Positions 50,680-60,915 of a stretch of DNA of 64,000 nucleotides are shown in pieces. The DNA is taken from the NCBI GenBank assembly GCA_049620845.1, contig JBMZPN010000001.1, positions 16,664-80,663 of the forward strand. Reading direction: 5' to 3'. The notes under the pieces were generated by a model that did not search any database, was not told where the DNA came from, and saw only the letters and a program-made list of their open reading frames with translations. This DNA is from Candidatus Puniceispirillum sp. (GTDB lineage: Bacteria > Pseudomonadota > Alphaproteobacteria > Puniceispirillales > Puniceispirillaceae). A program made the translations under genes and the position numbers. Numbering within the stretch: position 1 is the first letter of the stretch; each line of letters begins with the position of its first letter.

Positions 50680-51552
50680 TTAGGATGCGTTTGTCTGCTC
50701 GGCATTCAAAATAGCGCGTAAACCGCTTTCATAGTCAGGATATAGCAGATCAAGCCCCAGTTCGGGTTTGATCACGCGGGAGCCGACCTTGCGCCGCGAT
50801 ACATAAAAGCTTTGTGCCATCGGACTTAGATTCGCCTGATCGAGGGTTTGCGGTTCTGGCGGGGTAACATTGATAAGGCCGGCAGCATATCGCACAACGT
50901 CGCCTTGTGGTGCCGGTTTTTCGTCAGCAAGATTGATGATCCGGCGAGGTCGTGGTTGTTCAATTGCCGCGGCGATGATGCGGCATATATCCTCTAAATG
51001 GATTCGGTTAAAGACCTGACCTTCGCGGGTGATAATGCGCGCTGTACCATTGCGAAGTCCGTCAAACGGGCTGCGCCCGGGTCCGTAGATACCAGCAACA
51101 CGGAATAATTCACTGTCCAGCAAATTCTGCCAGCGTTGTTCGGCGATCACACGCGCCTTGCCACGATCGGTGGCGGGGGCGGTTGGCGTGTCCTCAAAGC
51201 AAAAGCCGTCTGGTTGGTCAGGATAGACCGAGGTGGCGGAAACATAACCGCTCCAACCATTGAAATGTGCGAGAACATCAGCATGCGCATCCAGCACCGG
51301 ATCAGTGCCGCCAATAGCGGTGATTGTTGTCAGAATGGCATCAGCATCAGCCAGCACCGCTTCCGGTTCGACTAGCGGTCTGTCGGTGCTGAAAGGGTAA
51401 ATGTCCCAGCCAGCGTCCGCTTCCTTTGAAAGTCTGGCAGGGTCGCGGGTGGTGCCTTTTATATGCCAGCCCTTTGCCGCCAGAACATGCCCAAGCCGCC
51501 GCCCCACATAGCCAAGACCAAAAATGAAAATGACAGGCTTCGAGTGCATCAT
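50680..51552 (-). CDS. NAD-dependent epimerase/dehydratase family (atypical SDR)
   Basis: FGLGYVG, GIYGPGRS, FNRIHLEDI, YPDYESGL. Confidence 0.88.
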   Translation of the reverse strand: MMHSKPVIFIFGLGYVGRRLGHVLAAKGWHIKGTTRDPARLSKEADAGWDIYPFSTDRPLVEPEAVLADADAILTTITAIGGTDPVLDAHADVLAHFNGWSGYVSATSVYPDQPDGFCFEDTPTAPATDRGKARVIAEQRWQNLLDSELFRVAGIYGPGRSPFDGLRNGTARIITREGQVFNRIHLEDICRIIAAAIEQPRPRRIINLADEKPAPQGDVVRYAAGLINVTPPEPQTLDQANLSPMAQSFYVSRRKVGSRVIKPELGLDLLYPDYESGLRAILNAEQTNAS

Positions 51553-51558
51553 TTGAAC

Positions 51559-52449
51559 CTATGATTCGGGTAAAGCTGGCATGGGGCCAGCGATTAATGC
51601 CGCGTCTAGCCTACGTCCCTGCCAGTCAATGCGCCAGTCCAGATGCGGCCCTGTTGAACGACCGGTTGAACCAAGTGTGCCGATGAGTTCCCCGCGTTCG
51701 ACGACGTCACCAACTTTTACGGCCATATCATCCAGATGCAAAAAGGTCGAGTTCACGCCAAGCCCATGATTCAAAATCACCGTCAGACCTGAAAAATATA
51801 GATCATATGCTAGCGTGATTGTGCCACTGGCAGGGGCAAGAACAGGTGTGCCGGTGGGCGCGGCGATATCAATGCCGTAATGCGGCGCGCGCGGTTTTCC
51901 GTTCAAAATACGCTGACTGCCAAAAACGCCCGAGATACGACCCAGCGCCGGCCAGTCAAGACCTTGCCAGAAATCGCCGGCTGGTGCTGGTATGACACGC
52001 GCCTCACGCACCTTTTTGCCGTCAGCCTTGATCCGGTCAAGCACCTCTTTGGGCGGTGTCACCATCGATTTTTTCAAACCGTCAATGCGCTGGATATTAT
52101 AGTCACGCTGAGCCGGTGACAGAATGGTGGTGAAAACCGAACCATTGCTATCGGTGATTTTGAGTGTTGTATCGTCATCGGAATCACGGTGAAAGCCAAT
52201 GACAAACAGCCCATCACTGGCAACGGTGATGGATGAATCATCCAGGGTAACTGTGTGGTCAGGTGATGTCCGCGCAATGATTAAATGCCCTTCAAGCGGA
52301 TAACCCGAAATAACGTCAGCGCCATTGATTGTGAATGATGTGCTGGTTGATTGCGCCTGCAGGTTTGCGCTACCTGCTGCTGTCATAAACAAGGCAAAAA
52401 ACAGAGCCAGAAAACCATAAGTATGACGAATTGATCTTGGATATTTCAT
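51559..52449 (-). CDS. M23 family metallopeptidase
   Basis: HYGIDIA, HLD, GRSTGPHLDW. Confidence 0.93.
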   Translation of the reverse strand: MKYPRSIRHTYGFLALFFALFMTAAGSANLQAQSTSTSFTINGADVISGYPLEGHLIIARTSPDHTVTLDDSSITVASDGLFVIGFHRDSDDDTTLKITDSNGSVFTTILSPAQRDYNIQRIDGLKKSMVTPPKEVLDRIKADGKKVREARVIPAPAGDFWQGLDWPALGRISGVFGSQRILNGKPRAPHYGIDIAAPTGTPVLAPASGTITLAYDLYFSGLTVILNHGLGVNSTFLHLDDMAVKVGDVVERGELIGTLGSTGRSTGPHLDWRIDWQGRRLDAALIAGPMPALPES

Positions 52450-52534
52450 TGAGCAAGGCTAGCATGTAAAACCGAAAATAACACCCCGTCAGGGCTTATC
52501 ATCACTCTTATTTTCAGCCGAAAAGAGAAGTTCC

Positions 52535-53479
52535 ATGTCTGTATCACCTTCTACCCATGAACATGTTGTCATTATTGGCGCTGGCGCTGCTGGTCTTAGT
52601 GCCGGAATATATACGGCGCGCGCTAATCTTGCGCCTGTCATTATCGCCGGTTTACAGCCTGGCGGGCAGATGACGATCACGACTGACGTGGAGAATTATC
52701 CGGGTTTTGCCGATGTTATTCAGGGGCCATGGTTGATGACTGAGATGCAGAAGCAGGCCGAGAATGTGGGCGCGCGGGTAACGTATGATCTTGTGACAGC
52801 AATTGATGCCAGCGCCCGTCCGTTCCGTATCAGTCTGGACTCAGGCGCATCAATGACCGCCGATGTTGTGATTCTGGCAACGGGTGCACAAGCACGCTGG
52901 CTGGGCATAGAATCCGAACAAACCTTTAATGGCCGCGGTGTATCAGCCTGTGCCACCTGTGACGGATTCTTTTATAAAGGACGTGATGTCGCTGTTGTTG
53001 GCGGTGGTAATACGGCGGTTGAGGAAGCCCTGTATCTGGCGAATATCTGTAACAAGGTCACTTTGGTGCATCGTCGCGATAGTCTGCGTGCGGAACAGAT
53101 CATGCAAGATCGTCTGCTGAAAAAGGACAATATCAGTGTTGAATGGAACCGCGAAGTTGCCGAAGTTCTGGGAGACGATGGGGGCGTAACGGGCATTCGT
53201 CTGGCGTCGACAACTGGCGAGGCAGATAAGGATATTGCCGTGCATGGCATGTTTGTTGCGATCGGCCATGATCCGGCAACCGAAGCCTTTAAGGGGGCGA
53301 TTGAGCTTGATGATGAGGGCTATATTATTGCCGAAAAAGGCGGTACGCGGACGTCTGTTGATGGCATTTTTGCCGCTGGTGACTGTGTCGATAAAATCTA
53401 TCGTCAGGCGGTAACGGCGGCAGGCATGGGATGCATGGCTGCGCTTGATGCTGAACGCTGGCTTAGCGAGCAGAGCTAG
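52535..53479 (+). CDS. trxB: Thioredoxin reductase
   Basis: VENYPGF, SACATCDG, GGGNTAVEEA, YRQAVTAAG.G. Confidence 0.97.
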   Translation: MSVSPSTHEHVVIIGAGAAGLSAGIYTARANLAPVIIAGLQPGGQMTITTDVENYPGFADVIQGPWLMTEMQKQAENVGARVTYDLVTAIDASARPFRISLDSGASMTADVVILATGAQARWLGIESEQTFNGRGVSACATCDGFFYKGRDVAVVGGGNTAVEEALYLANICNKVTLVHRRDSLRAEQIMQDRLLKKDNISVEWNREVAEVLGDDGGVTGIRLASTTGEADKDIAVHGMFVAIGHDPATEAFKGAIELDDEGYIIAEKGGTRTSVDGIFAAGDCVDKIYRQAVTAAGMGCMAALDAERWLSEQS

Positions 53480-54702
53480 CTGGTAGCAAAAGCAGGCATG
53501 TCGGGTTTTTGTTCGCGGATCAGCCAGTTCACGATAAAGGCAAAAATACCAAAACTGACATTCAGCCACCACATGGCTTCGTAATTGCCATAGGCGTCAT
53601 ACCAGATGCCACCAGCCCATGCGCCGACAAATGACCCAATCTGGTGCGATAAAAACACAACGCCATAAAGCATGCTCAGATGTTTGGGGCCGAAGAAAAC
53701 CACGATCAGGCCGCTGGTAAGCGGAATTGTGCCAAGCCACAAAAGACCCATGGCCGCACCAAAGGCCAGCACCGAAAAGTTAGTTACAGGTGTTAAGATA
53801 AAAGCAATTATGGCAAGGCTTCGTAACAGATAGATGCTAGCAAGTACGTTTTTCTTGGACGTGATGCCGCCAAGCCAGCCACAGATGAACGCACCTATAA
53901 TATTGAATAAACCGATCAGCGCCAGTGCCCATCCTGCTATATCAATGCTGATCCCTGCATCAGTAATATAGGTTGGTAAATGTGTGGTTATAAAAACCAG
54001 CTGAAGACCACAGACAAAAAAACCACTGGTCAGCAAAATATAATCACGGCTTGAAATCGCGCTTTGCAAAGCACCGGCGGCTGTCAGTTTTGCTATATCG
54101 GTGACGCTGGCATTGTTTTTGTCCGACTGGCCGTCGCCCCGCAAGCCCAGTGTCACGGCAACCATTGAGGCCATGATAACCGACAAAATGACAAGTGCGG
54201 TTTGCCAACCATAGCTGGACATTAATTCATGTGTAAAAGGTACAAGTGCAAACTGGCCAAAGGAACCAAAGCTTGTGACAAGGCCAAGCGCCAGCGAACG
54301 TTTTTCTGGCGGTGCAGCGCGCGCTACCGCGCCGACAGCAATTGAAATACCCGCACTTCCAAGCCCCATGCCAATGAAAATCTGGCCAATGAGAACGCCA
54401 GCATCAGTCACATATAATGCCATTAGTAACAGGCCTATGGTATAGAGTAGTGCGCCAGTTGCCGCCACGCGCCATGCCCCATATCTATCAGCTACAGCAC
54501 CAAAAAGTGGCGAAGATAAACCCCACATAAGATTCTGGAACGCAATGGCAAGCGAGAAAAACTGAACGCCACCGCCAAGCTCATTTGAAATGGGTATGAC
54601 AAAAAGCCCAAAAACCTGACGAATACCAAATGTGACCGTAACCATCGCCGAACCGGCAAGCAGGATTACGATCCATGAGCTAGGCTTAGAAAGTCGTGTC
54701 AT
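53476..54702 (-). CDS. MFS transporter
   Basis: GIRQVFGLF, GAVADRYG, GFFVCG, SHQIGSF; 12 TM. Confidence 0.9.
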   Translation of the reverse strand: MTRLSKPSSWIVILLAGSAMVTVTFGIRQVFGLFVIPISNELGGGVQFFSLAIAFQNLMWGLSSPLFGAVADRYGAWRVAATGALLYTIGLLLMALYVTDAGVLIGQIFIGMGLGSAGISIAVGAVARAAPPEKRSLALGLVTSFGSFGQFALVPFTHELMSSYGWQTALVILSVIMASMVAVTLGLRGDGQSDKNNASVTDIAKLTAAGALQSAISSRDYILLTSGFFVCGLQLVFITTHLPTYITDAGISIDIAGWALALIGLFNIIGAFICGWLGGITSKKNVLASIYLLRSLAIIAFILTPVTNFSVLAFGAAMGLLWLGTIPLTSGLIVVFFGPKHLSMLYGVVFLSHQIGSFVGAWAGGIWYDAYGNYEAMWWLNVSFGIFAFIVNWLIREQKPDMPAFATS

Positions 54703-54759
54703 TAAGTGCCCCCGCAGTGAAAAGCCAGTATAACTGGCTATTGCTGGGGTAGCAGAGTT

Positions 54760-55320
54760 TTATTCGTTGAGCAACCGGACAGCCTGAACCTGTGGGCCAC
54801 GACCAGAGTCGTCAACCTTTATAAGGAGTTTCTGTCCTTGCAGAAGGGAGTGAAAGCCGCAATCGCTTAGAACGCGGGAATGCACGAACACATCATCATC
54901 GATATTTTCAGCAGTCACAAAACCATAGCCGCGCACATCGTTGAAAAATTTCACCACCGCACGCACTTCATCGTCGGCAGGTGCAGATGCCATTGGCGGG
55001 GCGGGACTGACAGGGCGTTCGACAGTCAGCAAGTCCTGAATGACTTTTCCATGTTCATTTTCTGTAAGGGATACGCTGACACGATCACCCGTCAAGAGGC
55101 GTACCAAGCCAAAGCGATCAAGCGTTGATCTGTGCAGAAAAATCTCGGTATCGTCAATCTTGACGAAACCATAGCCTTTGCGCTCATTATACCAGACCAG
55201 TTCACCTTCTTTTACTTCGCGAGACGGTGCGCTGGGAACCAGTGTTTCATCAATTTCGGTATTTTCAGTCTTTGATGACTTTGCCTTCTTCGTATCTTTT
55301 GCAATAGGTATCACCCACAA
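54760..55320 (-). CDS. Tandem cold-shock-domain protein (start uncertain)
   Basis: Two CSDs: WYNERKGYGF..IFLH and KFFNDVRGYGF..VFVH. Confidence 0.9.
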   Translation of the reverse strand: MWVIPIAKDTKKAKSSKTENTEIDETLVPSAPSREVKEGELVWYNERKGYGFVKIDDTEIFLHRSTLDRFGLVRLLTGDRVSVSLTENEHGKVIQDLLTVERPVSPAPPMASAPADDEVRAVVKFFNDVRGYGFVTAENIDDDVFVHSRVLSDCGFHSLLQGQKLLIKVDDSGRGPQVQAVRLLNE

Positions 55321-55470
55321 TATTCACACAAATCTGCTCTATGACCACATAAAACAACAGATGCATATTGTTGCTGTTTAATGCCCTTATTCAAGCATCA
55401 TAATTGCTATTTAAGGGGTGTTTGGTTCACGTTTGCGTGAGCGAGGTAAAGAAAACGGTTTTTTTGATGG

Positions 55471-56370
55471 TCAAATGCTGTTGAGCACCTGCTTATCAGC
55501 ATCAATTTTCGCCAAAATAGCGTTATGCCATGCGTCAATTGAAGATGCGTCTCGTGCCGATTCGGGGAAAATCAGGCCACGTGTGCTGTTGATTAACCCG
55601 CCATGCCAACGATCCTGGCTTCGCACCAACCCTGCCAGTGCTTTTTCGGCACCTGCACCCTGAGCACCAAAGCCCGGAACTAGAAAAGGCGCGTTTGGTA
55701 AAGTTGCCCTGAGCGCATTCGCTTCGGCAGGCCATGTTGCGCCCGCAACGATGCCAATTGATGACCAGCCAGATGCGCCAACCCGCGCGGCGGCAATCGG
55801 CGCCAGCATATGTGCCAGATGCATATAGAGAGGCATGTCGTCAACCAGACGGTCTTGCAGATCACCTGCCCCCGGGTTGCTGGTCCGGTTCAGGATAAAC
55901 AGGCCGCTATTGGTAGCGTCAGCCTGGCTGATAAAGGGTTCTAGCGTATCAATGCCAAGCCACGGATTGATCGTTAGAGCATCGGATGGGAAAAGCGCAT
56001 CATGTCCGATCCATGCTTTGGCATAGGCGCTAGACGTGCTGCCAATATCGCCGCGTTTGGCATCCATAACAACCAGCAAGCCAGCATCAATAGCCGCATG
56101 GCCAAGATCCTTGAGGATTTGCATGCCTTTTGGCCCCTGCATTTCAAAAAAGGCAGCTTGCGGTTTGATAGCAGCTACGCGCCCTGTGGCAACCTTTACA
56201 CATGCATCGCAGAAATTCGCAATGGCAGTAAGTGCCTCGTCACTGCCAGCCTCGGCAGCAGCATTGCCAAATAACGCAGGGATCATCGTCACATGCGGAT
56301 CAATTCCCATGCAAAGTGGCGTTTGCGTTTTTCGGTTAGCCTCGGCAAGGCGGTCGCCAAAATTATCCAT
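55471..56370 (-). CDS. pyrF: Orotidine-5'-phosphate decarboxylase (long subfamily 2 type)
   Basis: LCMGIDP, KPQAAFFE, DAKRGDIGST, RTSNPG, LVPGFGAQG, NSTR. Confidence 0.93.
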   Translation of the reverse strand: MDNFGDRLAEANRKTQTPLCMGIDPHVTMIPALFGNAAAEAGSDEALTAIANFCDACVKVATGRVAAIKPQAAFFEMQGPKGMQILKDLGHAAIDAGLLVVMDAKRGDIGSTSSAYAKAWIGHDALFPSDALTINPWLGIDTLEPFISQADATNSGLFILNRTSNPGAGDLQDRLVDDMPLYMHLAHMLAPIAAARVGASGWSSIGIVAGATWPAEANALRATLPNAPFLVPGFGAQGAGAEKALAGLVRSQDRWHGGLINSTRGLIFPESARDASSIDAWHNAILAKIDADKQVLNSI

Positions 56371-56390
56371 CTGTCTGGTTACCTATTTTG

Positions 56391-56642
56391 CTAGCGCAAA
56401 CCTATGGCATCGCGATAGGTGTCGAGAAGCGCGTCCTGCTCGCTGAGCAGATCACGATCCATAGCCCGCATGCGCACAATCTGGCGCATTATCTTAGGCT
56501 CGAATCCGGTCGCTTTAGCTTCGGCATAGACATCTTTTATATCGGCCATCAAGGCGCGCTTTTCTTCTTCGAGACGCTCGATACGTTCAATATACTGGGT
56601 GAGCTGTTCGGCGCCCGCACCGGTGCCGGGGATTACAGACAT
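56391..56642 (-). CDS. DUF2312 / GapR-like DNA-binding protein
   Basis: QL..YIERIERLEEEK...DIKDVYAEAK..GFEPK. Confidence 0.92.
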   Translation of the reverse strand: MSVIPGTGAGAEQLTQYIERIERLEEEKRALMADIKDVYAEAKATGFEPKIMRQIVRMRAMDRDLLSEQDALLDTYRDAIGLR

Positions 56643-56659
56643 AGGGTTGCTGACATGGA

Positions 56660-56965
<306 letters not shown>

Positions 56966-57115
56966 AGCTGTTTTTCATCCACGGTTTGATAATAATTCAG
57001 TGACGGTCTGGAGGCGTTATTTAATGCTTGCCGCCATCCTATATAAGCCAAGAATGCGGTGCAAGCTTGTTGGTTTAATAATCTGCTGATGCAGATATTA
57101 TAAAAGATCTGAACA

Positions 57116-57135
57116 AATTTTGGTGTGGCTAAATT
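57116..57135. promoter_or_regulatory. Candidate MntR-type operator upstream of mntR
   Basis: Imperfect palindrome AATTTTGG-TGTG-GCTAAATT; the right half matches the TAGC-N4-GCTA core. Confidence 0.35.
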
Positions 57136-57178
57136 CTGTGGAATGCTTTAATCCTATGCCAAGAAGGATTGATGACCC

Positions 57179-57619
57179 ATGACAGATAATGATGCCAATA
57201 ACGATGTAGCGACTAGTGCGGCAAAATTCGACCGTATCCGCCGCGCGCACCAAAGCGAGGTGGCTGAGGACTATGTCGAAATGATTGCCGAGCTGATCAA
57301 GGAAACAGGCGAAGCGCGCACCGTTGATCTGGCCGCGCGTTTTGGTGTGACCAGCCCGACTGTAAATGCCATCATTCAACGCCTGCAACGTGCCGAGCTT
57401 GTTGAGAGCAAACCCTATCGGTCAATCTTTCTGACCGAGGCTGGCAAAAATCTGGCCAAGCAAAGCAAAGACAGGCATCGTGTCGTGCGCGATTTTCTGA
57501 TCACCATCGGCGTGCCGGCCAATATTGCCGAGGAAGATGCCGAGGGAGTTGAGCATCATGTCAGCCCTGAAACACTGGCTATCTTTGAGCAGATAACCAA
57601 AAACAAGACAGTTATCTAA
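57179..57619 (+). CDS. mntR: Manganese-binding transcriptional regulator (DtxR/MntR family)
   Basis: RRAHQSEVAEDYVEMI, PYRSIFLT, DAEGVEHHVS. Confidence 0.93.
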   Translation: MTDNDANNDVATSAAKFDRIRRAHQSEVAEDYVEMIAELIKETGEARTVDLAARFGVTSPTVNAIIQRLQRAELVESKPYRSIFLTEAGKNLAKQSKDRHRVVRDFLITIGVPANIAEEDAEGVEHHVSPETLAIFEQITKNKTVI

Positions 57620-57628
57620 AGCATGCCG

Positions 57629-59128
57629 TCAGGGTGTTTGCGTCCCAGCAAAAATAAATAGCTTGCGGGTGCGGCGTTTCGAGATCACATGTTCGGAGAT
57701 TGTCGAGCCAGCTTGCCATGTCACCTGTGGCAAGGCAGGTGCCTGTGCCTGCCCATCAATAGCAATTAGTTTACGCGCATTTGCCGTTACCGGATCAAAG
57801 GCATGGTTGCGTTCATAGTGATTACCGGGAATGCCATCATGATCAAGCACTGCAATTTCGATATCGCTATTATGAAAATGCCATCCCAACAATGCCGCCG
57901 TAGCGCGTCTGTCAGCAACAATCAGTCTGGCATCATGCTTATCTAATGCCGCTTTTACATCGGTGGCCAGAGCCTCCCAACTGCGCAACCGGCGAAGCGG
58001 ATCAGAGGCCGGGGTAAATATACCAAGGCTGCCAATCATGCTGGTGCTGATGATTATAATGGCGATGGCCGCGTTGATACCATTTGCCAGTAACCCCCAG
58101 CGCCAGCTGTTTGTGCGGGCTATCCAGCAAGCCAGCCAGACGGTTAGCGCCGGATAGCTGGCAACAGCCCAGTTTGCATTGGCATCGCTTATGAAGGACT
58201 GAATTGTCATTAAAGCCAAGATGGGCAGGCTGAGGCAGATCATCAGCCTTTTTGTGCTATCGCTGAAAGGCGGGCGTAAAATACCCAGCATCATAATAAA
58301 AATGGCGGGGCCAACGACGCCAAGCTGACCCAGCAGAAAACCGCCAACGCTGGCAAAGTCGAAGCTTTGCTTGGCAATATTGGCATTATCGCCAAGATGC
58401 CGCACTGTGGTGAAATCATTGGTAAGATTCCAGATCAGATTCGGGCTGGCGGCCACTAACATAGCAAGGCCAAATAGCAGCAAATGTCGCACGGTGATGA
58501 CATTTGCCGTTCTAGTTAGCCGATTCCACACCGCCCATAAAATGATGCCCGCCAGAAAATATATAGCTGCATATTTTGCCAGAAATCCGATGCCGACTGC
58601 CAGCCCAGAGATGAACATGCCGCGTACCGGATCAATCCGGTTTTGCTGGACGCCCACAATCATCAGTAAAGCTGTACTGAGGGCAAGCAAAAGCGGTGTG
58701 TCGGTTGAAATGACAAAGCTGCCAACCGAAATGACCGGTAGTGCAATCCATATGACAGCCGCCCAGCGTCCGGCGACTGATCCTGCTAGCCAGCTGGCGG
58801 TGCGCCATAAAATGAGCGCGGTCAGGAAATGCAACCAAGGCGCGGGCATACGTACCGCCCAGACTTCATGCCCAAACAGCGCATGCGATAGTCCGATGAT
58901 CCATGCTATAAGAGGTGGCTTGGTGAAATATCCAAAATCAGGCGTTTGGCTCCATGCCCAATATTGCGCCTCGTCAACACCAAGTTCGAGCGGGCTGGTA
59001 AAAATGGCTATGCTACGTATTGCCGCGACAAAAAGTAGCAAACCCATAATCCAGCGATCAATGTTCACTTCATGCGCTATAGCGTTGCGCCGTATATCAC
59101 TGTTTGGAGTATGACGACTCGGGGTCAT
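57629..59128 (-). CDS. ArnT/PMT-like glycosyltransferase family 39 protein
   Basis: DEAQYW.WS...FGYFTKPP, STDTPL, AKY, PNLIWN. Confidence 0.9.
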   Translation of the reverse strand: MTPSRHTPNSDIRRNAIAHEVNIDRWIMGLLLFVAAIRSIAIFTSPLELGVDEAQYWAWSQTPDFGYFTKPPLIAWIIGLSHALFGHEVWAVRMPAPWLHFLTALILWRTASWLAGSVAGRWAAVIWIALPVISVGSFVISTDTPLLLALSTALLMIVGVQQNRIDPVRGMFISGLAVGIGFLAKYAAIYFLAGIILWAVWNRLTRTANVITVRHLLLFGLAMLVAASPNLIWNLTNDFTTVRHLGDNANIAKQSFDFASVGGFLLGQLGVVGPAIFIMMLGILRPPFSDSTKRLMICLSLPILALMTIQSFISDANANWAVASYPALTVWLACWIARTNSWRWGLLANGINAAIAIIIISTSMIGSLGIFTPASDPLRRLRSWEALATDVKAALDKHDARLIVADRRATAALLGWHFHNSDIEIAVLDHDGIPGNHYERNHAFDPVTANARKLIAIDGQAQAPALPQVTWQAGSTISEHVISKRRTRKLFIFAGTQTP

Positions 59129-59196
59129 GGGTATCCTTGATTTGGCCAATCGTGGCTGTTAGCTTTGCTAGGAACTATATGAGACAAAGGCATATC

Positions 59197-60915
59197 ATGT
59201 CATCAGTTGATAATTTGTTTCCACCAGCTTCACATGATGACTGGGTCATTGCGGTTGAAAAAAAGCTTCGTAACGGGACGCTGGATAGCTTGCGGCGGCA
59301 TGACGAAGACAATCTGACTATTGACGCATTATATGATAGCGGCACGCCCCAGCTTGCTGGCGATATGGCGGCAAGCGTGCGGCGGTTGCCGCATGACCCT
59401 GCGCAACGCGTGGCGCATGGGTGGGATGTGCGCCAGCCCCTGCATCTGGGTGATGATATCAAAGCCATGAACCGGTTTTTGCTTGCCGATATAGAGCAGG
59501 GTGCAACGTCGCTCTGGCTGCATGTCGATCAGGAAAAGCAGATTGATTTTGATGGTCTGTTTGATGGTGTCATGTTGCCAGCGGTGGGTGTGCATCTTGA
59601 TAGCGGTGCCAGCACATACCGTCTGGTCGAGACATTTTTGGCACATATTGATGACGATTTGGGCAAGGCCAATCTATATGCCGGGCTTGATCCCTTTGTG
59701 GCGGCAGGGGATGCCGATCCGGATGCCGTTCTGGCGGCGGGTTTCGCGCTTGCCAGTCGCGATCAGACGCAAATGCCAACATCTGTTTTTTCGGTTAATG
59801 GCTGGCATTGGCATAATAAAGGTGTCAGTGCGGTCAATGAGCTGGCGATCATTCTGTCATCAGTTACCGACATTATGCGTTGTGCCAAGGCGGCAGGAAT
59901 TGCGCCCGCTACGATTGCCCCTCTAATTGAAGTGACCATCGCCTTGCCAGCCGATATATATGCCGGTCTTGCAAAATGTCGTGCTGTTCGGCATGGCTGG
60001 GCAGCGATCATGGCGGCGCTAAGTATTGACCCTGACAAAAGCCGTTTGCGCCTGCATGCCGCCCCTTCATTGCGTATGTTCAGCCTTCTGGATCAGGATG
60101 TGAATATGCTTCGTTCGGCAACGGCTTTACTTGGTGGCGCGTTAGGCAATGCCGATGCCTTATCCGGATTTGCGCATGATATTCTTACTGGCGAAAGTGC
60201 CCGTGGCCGTCGTCTTGCGCGTATGACACAGATTTTGATGATTGAGGAATCGGGCATTGCACAGGCAATCGATCCGGCGGGCGGATCCGGATTTATCGAA
60301 GCGCGAACAGATGATCTGGCACAAGCAGCATGGTCGGTGTTCCAGTCACTGGAAAGTCAAGGGGGGGCATTGGCATGCTATAAGGATGATGTGTTTGCCA
60401 ACCTTGCCATTGCGGGAAAAGCCAATGCTGAAACAGCACTGGTTGAGGGCGCGCCCAAGATGCTGGGCGTAACTTTGCAACCTGATACGGCAGCAGTTGC
60501 GAATAGGGTGGTTGATGGCTGGTGCGCCGATGAGGCCGCGATTGCGCGTCCTGCCAAAATCATTGAAGAATTTCGGCGCAAAGCCGCAGCCAGGCAACCA
60601 AGGATTATATGCCTGTTGCCATCGGGCGAGATGGATAAGGCTATGCAGTCGCTCAAGACGCAAAGTGATCAGCTTTGCGCCATCGGTGGTTTGTCAGTCA
60701 TGACGCTTGTTTGCGGTGATAATACCGAGGATGACATTCGCGCCGCCAAACCCGATGTGATTATCTATATCGATCGTTCGCTTGATGATATTGCCGATTT
60801 GCGCATGACCACATCCGGGCAAATGCCGGATATTACATATGTGGCGGCGGCGGATATTACTGGCGCCAACTCGCTTATTGATGCGCTTGATTTATTGCTT
60901 GGGACAGCTGGCTGA
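59197..60915 (+). CDS. Methylmalonyl-CoA mutase family small (beta) subunit
   Basis: FPPAS...W, DVNMLRS, EESG....[12 protein letters not shown]; no DxHxxG; stop overlaps the start of the large subunit. Confidence 0.85.
   Translation: MSSVDNLFPPASHDDWVIAVEKKLRNGTLDSLRRHDEDNLTIDALYDSGTPQLAGDMAASVRRLPHDPAQRVAHGWDVRQPLHLGDDIKAMNRFLLADIEQGATSLWLHVDQEKQIDFDGLFDGVMLPAVGVHLDSGASTYRLVETFLAHIDDDLGKANLYAGLDPFVAAGDADPDAVLAAGFALASRDQTQMPTSVFSVNGWHWHNKGVSAVNELAIILSSVTDIMRCAKAAGIAPATIAPLIEVTIALPADIYAGLAKCRAVRHGWAAIMAALSIDPDKSRLRLHAAPSLRMFSLLDQDVNMLRSATALLGGALGNADALSGFAHDILTGESARGRRLARMTQILMIEESGIAQAIDPAGGSGFIEARTDDLAQAAWSVFQSLESQGGALACYKDDVFANLAIAGKANAETALVEGAPKMLGVTLQPDTAAVANRVVDGWCADEAAIARPAKIIEEFRRKAAARQPRIICLLPSGEMDKAMQSLKTQSDQLCAIGGLSVMTLVCGDNTEDDIRAAKPDVIIYIDRSLDDIADLRMTTSGQMPDITYVAAADITGANSLIDALDLLLGTAG

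Noticed and set aside
59104-59196. Cobalamin riboswitch or upstream start before the mutase genes
   Set aside because: The gap is too short, has no B12-box, and the extended start overlaps the divergent GT39 gene.
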